Positions 24,123 through 36,861 of a stretch of DNA of 64,000 bases are shown in pieces (the stretch's first letter is position 1; every line of letters begins with the position of its first letter). The translations under genes were made by a program, and so were the position numbers. Source of the DNA: Lytechinus pictus (lineage: Eukaryota); NCBI RefSeq assembly GCF_037042905.1, contig NC_087247.1, positions 13,392,001 to 13,456,000 on the forward strand, read 5' to 3'. Under the pieces are notes generated by a model. It had not been told where the DNA came from, did no database searches, and was given only the letters and a program-made list of their open reading frames with translations.

Positions 24123-27100
24123 TTTGATAAAAAATCTTCCTTCCTTTTTGCATTTTCTTCCTTTTTGCATTTTCTTCCACTGGGATCTTAAGTTTAATTG
24201 AAAATATAATGTTGGGATGACTGACTCCATGTTTAACTCTCCAACTAAGCTCTCATGATGGCCAAACACAAGATCCACATTGCTTTCGTTCCTCATCCAT
24301 TGTCTCACATACTGACTATTCAAATACATGTAAGTAATAATCTGCAGGATAACAAAATAGAAAACCTAACATTTTTTTTTTATCCTGTTAAATTTTTAAT
24401 GATTTCCTGTTATAAAATTATTTTTTTTATGAGATGTATGACTCTTTATTGATAATTCGAATTTGATTTATTGCTTTTTATGATGGTGGATTACTTTTTC
24501 ATTGATATAGAACTGCATGCCATACAACAAGAATAGTTTTATGGATGTAATGTGTGAAGACATTGAAATTGATGGGCATTTGTGAATATTTTTAAAATGT
24601 TGACCTTGGTTTTATGTCCTCATATTTCATACCAGCATATTTTTACAACCTGGGTTCATGGTTTCCTAGTTGTTCATTTTCTATTATGTATCATATAAAC
24701 AGTTACCGGGTTCCACATTTTTTGTCCTGCATTTGTGTTTGTAGTTTCATATACTTTTTGTTATTAGTACTTGAAACTATATATGATCAGATTCCTTTTT
24801 GTCTCGCCTGAACGAAGTTCAGCAGAGACCTAGTGATCACTTTTACTGGTAGTCTGTTAATAGTCTGTTGGTCTGTTACAAAAATGTTAAAGTTTTTGGT
24901 CAACTTCTCATTTCTGCATCAATTGTGTTTACACTTGGTACAAGTAATCCTTGATGATGAGGTCAAAGGTTCTCTCGGGGTCGAAAGATCATATTGCATA
25001 TTTAATTTAACGCAAGAACCAACGCATCGCGCAGAATCAACCTTATTGGCAGGAAGTTTTGGTCTGTTCTCGGTCTCTGGTACCACCGGTAGCTACAGTA
25101 GCTGAACCCCACCATACATCTCGCCACACACCCATGCAGTATTCTATGCAAAGTTTTTTTGTAAACCGAGATCCTTTTGCAGAGTAGATCTTAAATTAGT
25201 TGGGAGAATGTTACCCAAGTCATAGAATTTTCTTGGGGGAGGTAAAATTTGGCGAAAAACTAAAATTAGAAGAAAATTTGATTTATAGATTCTATTGAAA
25301 CAAAGATAAAAATTCCAGATTTGATGAAAATGCTTGAAAGCAGCAAATTACCATCAAAGACGGTATAGTGTCTGCTATCATGTAGTTGTCTCTTCGCAAG
25401 TCCACATGCTGCATAGCTCATGCCATGTTATGTTGGCTTTTTCAAGTAATTCTGATTATGATTATGACTGTAGTTGTTACTCTTGTCTTTTTTGCAATAG
25501 TTTAAAAGCCATCTGAATAATCAGCAGCAATATGCATTAATAAAGTGCCCCAGGACTCTCTACTTTGATCGTTTCTCTCTTTGTTTTATGATTTACCTAC
25601 AGGTCTGTTTCTTATTGTTTGTGTTTTGGAATTTATAGAAAGCACAAGCTCTTATCTCATCATGATCCAGTTCACAATGTTTCAACTCAGAAGAAACATG
25701 AATTCTCAAATGTTACATCTTCGGATGTGTGCAAAAGAAATGATTTTAAATGTAGAAAGTATGTTCAATGACATTTAGTCAATAATGATAATTTAAACCT
25801 TCGTTGTAATAATCGTATTTCAGAACATTGATGAGATGTTTATAATTCAGCCTTGCAGTATAATTTCAAGAAAATACACTTTTATTTTGGAACATTAATT
25901 ATTTTGCCTATAAATGTATTAAATATATTGTACAAGCTCTAATATTGTCTCATTTGAGTTATTGTTTCACAGATGGCAGTTCAAAGTAACGTACTGGATT
26001 GAAAGTGGCCTATTCCGATTTCTTTACCTACTACAGAGTGAACATTCTTAACTTCATTCAAACACTAAAAAAATAAAATGCCCATGAATAACTTCCACTC
26101 GTTTTGAAACAAAATATATTTAAGTATTTTTTTTTTCTTAGACCTTCTTTCCCGCTATTGTTTATTTCTTTTCTTTTGGCACACTGATCAACAGGGTGGG
26201 AGAATGGTCCCCTGTGTCCCTTGATTCTATTTTTTAAAAATCTTCTTCTTTTCCTCTTTTCTATTTTTGTTATCCTCTTTCTTCCCTTTCTCCCCCTTTT
26301 TCGTCTACTTTCTTTTTGTCCCCTCGATACGCCTCTTGCTCACGAAGTTGATCATTTTCATTGCCCCCCCCCCCCTGGATGGTTACTGCAGTTGTTGTCA
26401 AATGTAAATCTTTGTAAATCATGCCTTAAACTGCAAGAACCATGAGCATTGACTTATTGTATGCTTCCCAGTAGTGACCAATAAGCAAAACAAACAGAAC
26501 TATTATACACTCCAAAATTATCAATTCTTTAGTCTTTATTTCTGTCATCAATGTTGATCCATTACAAAACACACACCCCAGCCCCCTGAATAATGATAAA
26601 TGTATTTAAAAAATACAAATTATTATTATTTTCATATAATTTTATTGTTATTAATTAAACTGCATTTTCTCATTAGGCCCAAAGCGGTTTATAAGATGAT
26701 GATAATGATAATAGTAATAATATCCTTGTTCATCATCTTCCCCTTCTGTTTCCAAATTTGTAATTTTGATAAAAAGTTGCTAAAGGAACCACATATCAGG
26801 GAAACCGCTCGGGTGATCAACAAAAAGATGACAAACATTTTGGTCATTTTCTTTATAAATATAATCTACTCATTCAGCCAATACCATAACAGCAACCATT
26901 TTGAGACCTTAGTTTTCTAATAATGGAATTGAAATTAATGAATTTTATCACTTCTACGGCCCTTTTCTACTATACTCTACTAGTTTGGCACTTTTGCAAA
27001 AATTAAAACATTTCGTCATGGAAACTGCTGAAGACACCATACATATTTGTCAACAAAAATATTTGTTCTCATCACCCCGAAATAGGGTACATACTACAGA

Positions 27101-27349
27101 CAGGACGTTTAGCGGGACGTTTAGAGAAAATATAAACCAAGTGTAACCATTTTAAGAGCCATTTTCAAGCGTTACAATCGCCAAGTAATAAGGATTTGTT
27201 AAAAAACAAATTTATAACTGCAATAATTGGTCTGTATTTTGAAAATTAACACGGGCTAACATTATGGGAAGCTGAGAAGTTAAAAACTTTTTTTACATTA
27301 TATATTTTGTGTGTTGTACTCTTTTATCATGCTTGAATGGTTTAATGAT

Positions 27350-28020
27350 TTTATTGATTGATTGATTTATTTATTTTATTAGTCAAGAATATCACAAGAT
27401 AGAAAATACAATAAGTGGGAAGAAAACCTTGACAGGATAACCCATGAAAGCCGAGTGGCTTATTTCCAACCAGGGGTTCTATTATAGGATAAAAACATTC
27501 TAACAACAAAATTTAATAACTACGACCAGTACAAGAACATGGTAAAAACGACATATCTACCAATCAAATATGTTGTAAAAACCTGAAGCAAACAGCAATT
27601 ATCTACTTATGCCCTATATAATCTACAATACTGAAAACCAACTGTACAAAATGTGTATTTTACTTGTGATACTGTTCTGTAGTAGATTCCAGTTATAGGC
27701 ATTTCTTTTAGTGCACTCTTAAAGTGAGAAAAACTTTTATCAGCTTTAACTTGATTGGGAAGAGAATTCCAAAATCGGATGCCATTGAAATAAAAAGTGT
27801 TCCCTATATGACCTTCACGTTTTGGTAATACAAAATCAAAATTACTATTTCTAGTATCGTACCTATGGATAATCGGGACACTAGTAAAATTATTGGCTAT
27901 GTTAGGATCTAATGTATCCAATATATTTTCATGAGCGTGATGCAATGTTTAGCTCTTTGATCTACATGGAGTAATCCTGCGTTTTCAAGTTCATTACATC
28001 CGACTTGTGTTCTTGAGTGT
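27350..28020 (-). mobile_element. 3' fragment of an L2/Crack-type LINE with microsatellite tail
   Basis: HRYDTRN..FYFNGIRFWNSLP..FKSALK C-terminal motif; (aatc)n/(aaat)n tail at 27350-27380. Confidence 0.75.
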
Positions 28021-28271
28021 CAAATATGCTTTTGACTTGAACCAATACTGTTGGAAATTTGTGTCATAGTTACCACATGTTAAGAACAGAGTATGAATTA
28101 AACCTGAGTTCATCTGAATACGATTCTTTGTCCCTGAGAGGGTTTTTTCAGTCAGGACTTGTCATTAATCGTACTGAAATTTCATTAAATAACCGACCTT
28201 GCAAATTGATAGAATGATTAAGATCTGTGGTAAGAAAAATAAATATCATTTTACATCATAAAGTCTGAGCA

Positions 28272-29678
28272 TCACGCAAGTTGTCCCATTTGTTGATCTT
28301 CTCTATTACTTAGGTTAATATCATTTATGTCCGTGGGTTTTGGTACAGTCCTTCCCTTGTCCTCGACATCTCCAGTCTCTTCATCTAACTCTACATGAGG
28401 CACTTCTGTTCTTGTCTTGTAGAAGTCCCGTATGGCTTTGAATATGGCTAGTACCCCTCCCTCCATTACGACAAGGAGTCCAATGAGTGCAGGAACACGT
28501 CCAATCAGATCAATCTCGGGTTGATCATAATACAAAGTCACTATTGTGATGGCCAGGAGACTATTCTGGACTCCTGTCTCTATGGCGATTGTGACGGCGG
28601 GTCTGAGTTGTACACACGTCGCACGAGCGATGGCAAAGCCCAACAGACCTCCGATCAGCGGGAAGACAGCGGAAGCGACCCATATCCTCCAGGACACCAG
28701 GACAACGTAGTACTGCGTCGGGATTCCTACTCCAAGAGCGACCACTACCAACCCAGCCAACATCGGCCGCAGCATCTTATCAAAAAGTCGTTTTACTTTT
28801 GGAAACTTCTGGCTGAGCCCGAGACCGATGACGACAGGTACAACGAGAAAGGCTAATTGTATGGCGAGCTGACCGTAGGGTGCCCGAAGCTGTTGATTAT
28901 GGTCAAGGAAGAAGCGGGTGTAGATGAAGAGGTTCAAAGGCATCATGCCAAGCGCAAGGACTGTTGAGCAGAACGTCATCGTGAGACTGAGATTGAAATC
29001 GCAATCGAGAAGGAGAGTGAAGACATTGCTAAACCAGCCACCAGGACATGTTCCATCGAGTATGAGTCCAATGGCAGCGGCGTCGTCCAACTTGAACATT
29101 TTGGCGATTGCTAGGGACAAAGGAGGCATGATGAGAAACTGGCATAATAAACCGATCAATACAGCATGGGGACGTTTTAAGTGATCCAGTATCAATTTTG
29201 GTTCAATTTTATTCCCCATCGTAACATAAGACACACATATCCATACCAAAAGGATTGTTGCTAACGCTGTCGGAGTGAACAAAGGCTTCCTTAAAACTTT
29301 CACCAAGTAAGCGTTGATCAGATACTCGCCTGTGGAATTCTGGAAGACTGTTCGCAAATCGGTCACACCTAATGCAACTCCATCGATCCATAGAGAATGT
29401 GTCACATTTGTTTCCGTGTCTCCTGGTGAGCAAGCAATCGTACTCACGTTTTCTTCAACAGTAAACACCGATTCATCTGCTGACATGAATGTCATTTTCC
29501 CGCCATGTTTGGTAGAACATGTGATCGTCATGTTAAGTTCGATTTCTTTGAAAGCTTCAACGACAACAAAGTCACCATTGTCAAAGGAAACACTTATTTT
29601 ATCATCTGCGCTGGATCTCAAAGATGACATCAAGATTATAAATATTGTTAAATACATTTCGGGGCACCTGACAGTCAT
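28272..29678 (-). CDS. SLC10-family sodium/bile-acid cotransporter-like protein, single coding exon (468 aa from the first ATG; SLC10A3/A5-like layout)
   Basis: Uninterrupted ORF. SBF motifs GLLCQFLIMP, TCPGGWFSN, LSLTMTFCST, ETGVQN. Hydrophobic N-terminal segment (MYLTIFIILMSSL) followed by a ~120-aa hydrophilic domain before TM1. A splice acceptor (ttcactgcag|) at 29734 implies an upstream, probably non-coding, exon. Confidence 0.9.
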   Translation of the reverse strand: MTVRCPEMYLTIFIILMSSLRSSADDKISVSFDNGDFVVVEAFKEIELNMTITCSTKHGGKMTFMSADESVFTVEENVSTIACSPGDTETNVTHSLWIDGVALGVTDLRTVFQNSTGEYLINAYLVKVLRKPLFTPTALATILLVWICVSYVTMGNKIEPKLILDHLKRPHAVLIGLLCQFLIMPPLSLAIAKMFKLDDAAAIGLILDGTCPGGWFSNVFTLLLDCDFNLSLTMTFCSTVLALGMMPLNLFIYTRFFLDHNQQLRAPYGQLAIQLAFLVVPVVIGLGLSQKFPKVKRLFDKMLRPMLAGLVVVALGVGIPTQYYVVLVSWRIWVASAVFPLIGGLLGFAIARATCVQLRPAVTIAIETGVQNSLLAITIVTLYYDQPEIDLIGRVPALIGLLVVMEGGVLAIFKAIRDFYKTRTEVPHVELDEETGDVEDKGRTVPKPTDINDINLSNREDQQMGQLA

Positions 29679-32157
29679 CTTAAAAACCTCTTTCTCCGTT
29701 GTTGACAGCTTATTGCAAATGAAGTTGGGCAACCTGCAGTGAATAAAAACAGAAGTGGGGAAAAATTAGATAAGGGAGTGAAAGGAACTGGGTCTAATGA
29801 ATATGAAAAAAAAAAACACTTTAATATTTTGCCAAAAGATGCCAAGGATTTAACTCTCGTGATTTTTTTTTGACGTGAAAGAGACAACGGTAATATATTC
29901 GGAAGTACGATTTCACACTTGATGACAAGAATCTTTGTGTATATTTTTATTGGTGTAAAATATCCTGTAATTGCAAAAGTACTATCCTCTGGGGGCAGTC
30001 AAATGTATTACTGTACACACGCGTGGCCAAATTATTTCCAAACACCACCTAAACGAGTTTTTCTCTGTGTGCAAAATAACCCCCACAAACAAGTTTTTCG
30101 CGAGCTTCATTAACACATTTTGGCCCCTAAACAAGTTGTCGCCAGAATATGACCCCTAAACAAGTTTTGTCGATCTTGCTAACAATAATATTTAGATATA
30201 GACAAAACTATATTCACTGGGTATTGCATACCCCCAGTGCAGTTAGGTTAAAATACCACAATCAGGAAGAACCTGAACACTTTTCAGAAACGAGGAGGAA
30301 AAAGCCCCGGGGAAAAAGCTTGGGGGAAAAACTGTGACCCTAAACACGCTTGGCTAGTCTTAGAAGAAAAAAAAAGCTTTGGAAAAAAAAACATACCCTA
30401 AATACGCTCGCTCCTCGCATTATTCGTTTGAGATACCGTATGTATTCTATTCATTAAAATAAAAGCAGTCCCTTTAAAGGTCAGTAGGCCTATATTTAAG
30501 ATTTTAGCTCGGGCTTTGCGCTTGCGTCATTCCTAGATACACATCTTTTTCATGATTACACAAACTGCTCAGAATGTGTAATTTTCATGTTTAAATACAT
30601 AAAATAGGCCTATATTCAAAGATAATTTTGAGCTCTCGCTTAGCGCTTGCAATATATATTTAGGCCCTATGAGATATGTTTATAAGAATAAAAGTAATTA
30701 AGTCTTTAGTGAGGACCTCCTTTTAAAAAGACCAACAGCAAAAATCTTTTTTTTGCGGCCGATCGAGCAAAATGTGGATCAAAATATTATTATGACTCCC
30801 CCTTTGGCAAAAGCTAAATCCGCCCCTGCATAGTTTGTTTTCTCTTAAAGCGATATAGGAAGGTGTAAGGGGAAAATACCTTTTAACTAAATTTGCGCCA
30901 GAACTGACCACAGATCGAGTTTTACAACTTCATTTTTTTTCCAAACTTCAAAAACGGTTTGCTAAACTTAATTACCACGAAACACAAAGCTTCTTCAGGC
31001 ACAAACGTAATCTGATGGTGAAAATATCTGTTTGCACCCAAATGCCCATACATTTCGACATGCACGCCTTAATTGTATTCCCCCCCCCCCCGAAATAATA
31101 ATAATATTGAAATAATAATAATAATGAAATAAATAAAGAAATACAATACGCTCCGTCTCCCCTTTTTTTAAAAGAGTATTTGGCCTTCAATCGTACAAAA
31201 TAATGTCTGCATTAATATTTTGTCACACAGTAAAAACGCTGTTAAAAATTTCTGTACACCGCGAACCTTAAAATAGTTGTTTGAATAGGATAATATAGTG
31301 TTTAAAATCTTATAGGTCAAGTCCCTCCAGAAAAATGTTGATTTGAATTAATAAAGAAAAAATCAAATAAGTATATAACACTGAAAATTTCATCAAAATC
31401 GGATGTAAAATAAAGTTATGACATTTTAAATTTCGCTTATTTTTCACGAAACAGTTACATAATGCGCAACTTTCATGCACTATATCCCATTGGCGCGAAC
31501 AGAAATAGAATAATAAACTATGATACTTGCCCCAAAAATGTCCCTCTGTTGCACAATTAAGATTTGCCGAAAATGGCTCACTGCAACACTTTAAAACACT
31601 TAAGACCTCAGCATTATATTACTGTCTTTTTTCGCTCTCATCATGGGCCTTTATAGGTCCATGCTACACTCCGGTTAACCCCACACTAATCATGTTAACC
31701 GGGTATGTTAATCAGGGGGGCTATAGCATTAGGAAATCAGATCAGATCTGACTCATGTGCGTGCTGCTCATGCATTCATGGGTTCCATTCAAGGCCTGTC
31801 ATCCCACAGTACATAATAGTTACATCAAAGTTTCACTTGTTCCCTCCTTCGAAACTTTATTATAATTTATATAATTATATAAACTAAAACTCCCCTGTAA
31901 TATAAAATGAACGAACCCTCGTTCAGAGTTGTGTAAACACTACAGGTGCCTTTAATAATCGTCCGGGAATTCCCCCCATAATGGGGAGCATAATTTGCCC
32001 CCTTCCGGATGCTTGGTGGGTTTTTCAAGACTTTTATCAATCACAAACAACAGGCTGCATGGGTTTTATGAAGATTGATCGATTTGCTGACTCTGCATGT
32101 GTACTCGGTGGGTTTTCCAGACAATCGGTCGGTATATTTTCACACCGGCTTTTTTAA

Positions 32158-32580
32158 AGGTCAAGTCCACCCAAGAAAATGTTGATTTTAATAAATTGAG
32201 AAAAATCAAGCAAGCATAATGCAGCAAATTACATCAAAATTGGATGCAAAATAAGAAAGTCATGAAATTTTAAAGTTTCGCTTATTTTTCTCATAACAGT
32301 TATATGCACAACTCAGGATATGCAAATGAGAGAATCGGTGATATCCCTCACTCACTATTTCTTTTGATTTTTATTGTTTGAATTATGCAATATTTCAATT
32401 TTTTACAGATTTGACAACAATGACCAACTTGACTGAACCACAAAATGTTAAAACAATGGTAATCCCTCATTTTCAGTGAAAAAAATTGTTTCACATGACA
32501 ATTAATTGGGAGAAAATTGAAATATTTCATATTTCTTATAATAAAATACAAAAGAAATAGTGAGGGGATGGTATCATCAG
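32158..32580. mobile_element. Truncated Kolobok/T2-type MITE (family of 12203-12774)
   Basis: TTAA|aggtcaagtccacccaag start, collinear interior, right TIR missing; a further fragment lies at ~31313-31470. Confidence 0.8.
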
Positions 32581-33096
32581 ATCTACACACCGTGGCATAC
32601 GAATACAGAATGGACTGACACATAGTATTGCATATTGAACCACACTACGTATTTATTTATCTCTGTGAATTTTGCTGTTACACCTCTTCAGAAAAAAAAC
32701 CAATGTCAACTGTGTACACGCAGGTATAGTCTTTGTTGTCTTGATATGGGTATGTGGTTATGAATGAAAACAGCCTCTGTGGCCATTTGTGAATAGAACA
32801 CATAAACAACAAACAAACCGGGCAAACAAATAAAAATATGTCTGTTCATTATAAAGCATAATGAATACGTACATACTATGCTTTTTTTTACCTCAAAGAA
32901 ACAGGCATAGTATCCATAGATGGATATTGGCTGGCGGCTCATTAACATACAGATACAAAAAACATAAACAGTATCACTATGATCCATGGAGTAACAACAA
33001 TACTGCTTTGTAAGTTTGTGAAGAAATCGGAACCATAACGGCATTGCATCGTTTCAAATTAGGGCATTATTTACTTCTATTTGATCTCAGTCTTAT

Positions 33097-33106
33097 AATA
33101 GTAATA

Positions 33107-33161
<55 letters not shown>

Positions 33162-33355
33162 AAATAAAAAATAAAACTAATACAAATAATAATGCTAATA
33201 CTAATAGGTTCCTTTTATCTCGCATTTCAAGACAGGGTAAATTCACACTGCGCTTTATTATTATTATTATTATTATTATCATCATCATAATTATTATTAT
33301 TATTTATATTATAATTGTTATCATTATTATTATTACTATTATTATCATCATTATG
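33097..33355. repeat. (AAT)n and (ATT)n microsatellites in opposite orientation around ~95 bp
   Basis: Directly visible. Confidence 0.9.
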
Positions 33356-34611
33356 ACTTATTAAGTAACCAAATATCATTCCCCAAAACCTGGGGGGGAT
33401 GATTGTACATGCCATCCCCCCCACCTTGTGAGGTGGGGGGGATGCATCCCCCTCATCCCCCCCGTTGTCTACGCCCCTGATTATTCCCCACGTTACTCAC
33501 TCTGTCGCTTAGCTCCCTCGCATGCAGAGAATCCACATCCATGTAACGGCATCCTTAATCACTAGAATGTTAGTATAAAACACAAATTTTATCACTCACC
33601 TCACCTTGACAAAGACGTGACTGCCTATAATACACCCACACCGCGATGAAAATGATATGAATACTGAATTGCAAATAATTTCCAGGAAATGATTTGTGTG
33701 CCGATGAAAATGCGTTAGCCTTGTTGACGCAATGTTTCAATAACGTCTCCTCAGAAAATGTTACAGGTATCACTGATCAAAGATTCGTCCTTTAGTCGTA
33801 ATATTTAGCAGTTATGGTTTCTCCCATCTCAAGCTATAGCACGGATATAATACACGCTTTAAATATATTGATGGTTCGCCCGTCATCTATTGTTGTATAT
33901 TACTTTAACTGTGGGCAAATTATTACGTAATCACATGAAAGCCCGGGCATAAAAGGCGAAAGTTCTTTTCTCGGTGAGGCTGTCCGGGCCCCCTGGGTCT
34001 TTCGAATGGTGCCATAAAAGGCACATGGTCCCATCCACAGAAACACCCCTACGGGGCCCCGGGGTCCCATCCCTTCGCAATCACGACTTCCCATTTCATA
34101 TTCGCCTCCTTTTCTTGTACCCCCCCCCCCTCCCCCCCCCCCATCTCTCTCCCTCTCACACATCTCTTTCTCTTCACTGTAATGTTTTTCTTTCCCAGGG
34201 GCGGCGGGAGCGGGGGGGGGGGGCTTTTTTCCAAAACCGTATACAAAAACGTAAAAATGACTATGTGATTGTGATTTTTTGCCTGGTCAGCCCCCCCCCC
34301 CTCCCCCCACTTTGAAAACCGTTCCGCGGCCCCTGTTTCCTGTAGTCCTCTGGATCCTTATTATTTTCATTTCCTAATCACCTTTAAGTTCAGTGTTTAT
34401 ATACAAGCCCCAAATAATATTCTAAAGAGGAAAGTTGTAGCTATTTCTTATTCTAGATATTATATAGGCCTATATATTTTTTGTTTTGTCGAACGTAAAA
34501 AAAAGATGTTGGCTAGCCAATTTCTTAGCATGAAGCAAATTATGCACGCAGAAGGGAAGACGAACATGAGAGAGTGAGAAAGAGCATGCCTAGTAAGCGT
34601 CGCCCCTATCC

Positions 34612-36262
34612 ATAGGCGGCGGAAGCGGGGGGTGGGGGACGGACCCCCCCTAAAATTTCGGTTGATAACCCTTTTTTATCTTCTTTTTTGTTGTTGTTGC
34701 TTGTCCAATTTTTTACCTTTGTCCGTCCCTAACTTTCGGTGCCAGGTAAAAATGGCAGAGGTAATAATGGCAGAGGTGACAATGGCAGAGGTAAAAATGG
34801 CAGAAGTAAAAATGGCAGAGGTAATAATGGCAGAGGTAAAAATGGCAGAGGTAAAAATGGCAGAGGTAAAAATGGCAGAGGTAAAAATGGCAGAGGTAAT
34901 AATGGCAGAGATAAAAATGGCACAGGTAAAAAAGGCACAGGTGAAAATGGCAGAAGTAAAAATGGCAGAGGTAATAATGGCAGAGGTAAATATGGCACAG
35001 GTAAAAATGACAGAGGTAATAATTGCAGAGGTAATAATGGCAGAGGTAATAATGGCAGAAGGTAAAATGGCAGGGGTTATACTGGGAGAGGTAAAAATGA
35101 CAGCTCTAGGTAAAATATGGCCAGTCTTAAGGGGGAAAATGACACAAAAAATTATTTCAACTAAATGAAGTTCTTTTAGGTCATAAAAAGAATTACAATA
35201 AAAATAATAACAATTAGATAATAAACAATGTTTTTTCTTCTGTTTGAAAAATAACAGAGATTTGTATCAAATCTCTACATTTTAACATACCAAGCTAATT
35301 ACCAAGAGGGTGCTGCTTATGGTGTATAAAATACCCAACAGTACTTCCGCTTCCAAGGGTTATGACCATTAAGGCGTTTATATCATATTGGATGCAGTGG
35401 TAAAGTTTCAGGGTCTTCTTTTATGTAAAGAATATGAACCAGACGGTCCCCCTCGATCGACCCCAAATTGGTTTACCAGTCAAAGCAAGATTATTATTGA
35501 TTTTGATAATCAGTTTCATATTCAGTGCCAAGCCTGGGAACGCATGCTTATTGTCATTCAACTATTTAAAGAGAATAGTACAGACGACATTACAAATAAG
35601 GACATAATATTTAACCACAATATGTTTTTCCCCGCCCCCTAACCCTCTCTATCTCTCCACCTCTCTTATGTCCACTCTTCCTCCTTTTTGCATCGGTAAA
35701 CCTGGCTAAACTTTAGATTTAAAAAAAAACAGCCAGACAAAAAGGAATGTAATAAAATGATGAATGAGAATAGTGCAGTTTCATTTTGCTCCAGATAAAT
35801 TGAATGAAAAAATATCTGTCGTTTGATTTCTTTTTAAAAAGCGTTCACGGTACACCTCCAAAGAATTCGTAAATAGCATTGTTAGGCCGATGAAGACATA
35901 ATGATGATGGAATGCCTAACCGTGACATGTACTTATTTAATGTATGTACATGCGGCGGCTTTTTGACAATTCATTGCATTTGGGTTTAAGACAGGCCATA
36001 TTTTATCTAGAGCTGTAATTTTACCTCTCCCATTATAACCCCTGCCATTTTACCTCTGCCATTATTACCTCTGCCATTTTTACCTCTGCCATTTTTACCT
36101 CTGCCATTATTACCTCTGCCATTATTACCTCTGCCATTTTTACCTCTGCCATTTATACCTCTGCCATTTTTACCTCTGCCATTATTACCTCTGCCATTTT
36201 TACACCGAGCCTAAATTTCAGGTGGACCCCCCCCCCCTAAATTTTTTGGCTTCCGCGCGCCG
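34612..36262. mobile_element. Host MITE (aggcggcggaagc / gcttccgcgcgcc ends) carrying the foldback insertion
   Basis: Imperfect TIRs and the internal motif ggaccccccc-taaattt on both sides of the insertion. Confidence 0.5.
34736..36208. mobile_element. Foldback-type element with inverted arrays of a 15-bp repeat (GGTAAAAATGGCAGA)
   Basis: ~24 units at 34745-35104 and ~13 reverse-complement units at 36014-36203; short non-repetitive inner IR (to 35130 / from 35986); tcggtg/caccga termini; imperfect flanking duplication ccctaactt/gcctaaatt. Confidence 0.85.
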
Positions 36263-36304
36263 ACAATGCCTATATCCCTGGAAGTTCTAACCAAATATAG
36301 TAAA

Positions 36305-36861
36305 AGGGATACTCCAGTCTGAAGATAATTTGATTTGAACACATTAAGAAAAATCAGACAAACAAAACACTGAAAATTTGATCAAAATCGGACAGGGAAT
36401 AACATAAAGTTATGGCATTTTAAAGATTTGCATTATTCCGGTGAAACAGTTCTAGTCATGAATTTGAAGCAAACGGATGATGTCATATCCCCACTTGTTC
36501 TTTTGTATTCTATTATATAAAATTAGGTTTATTCATTTTTTTTCCTTTAAGTACCAAAAATACTGGAATAATAACTGATTAAGTGCATGAAATATTACTT
36601 GCTGCAACTTATTTCATTACAAAGGAGACATCATTCACACATGTATGAAAAAATGGAAAAAATATGATTTCATATACGTGAAAAAAGGAAAGTGGGGATG
36701 TGATATCATCAGCCCAAACTGTTTTCACATTTTATTGCTAAACTTTAAAATTCAATAACTTCGCTATTTGTTATCAGATTTTGATAAAATTTTCGCCATT
36801 TTGCTTTGTGAATTTTACTGTATTTATTTAGATATAAACATGTTCAGCCCGGAGAATCCCT
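36305..36861. mobile_element. Kolobok/T2-type MITE (related subfamily)
   Basis: agggatactccagtctgaa ... ttcagcccggagaatccct|TTAA; shares aaaatcgga/aaagttatg motifs. Confidence 0.75.

Noticed and set aside
29679-29732. ORF-track N-terminus MPNFICNK of the SLC10 protein
   Set aside because: Starts at TTG immediately after a splice acceptor; the first ATG is at 29678, though a coding upstream exon is not excluded
33044-33424. Poly-Ile and poly-Asn ORFs (also at 48625-48893)
   Set aside because: AAT/ATT microsatellite translations
34745-35104. CRISPR-like array
   Set aside because: Contiguous repeats with no unique spacers, in a eukaryotic context
34632-35168. Repetitive proteins (MAEVK)n and (GKNGR)n
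   Set aside because: A 15-bp stop-free repeat that is mirrored in reverse complement at 36014-36203; it is a transposon arm, not an exon
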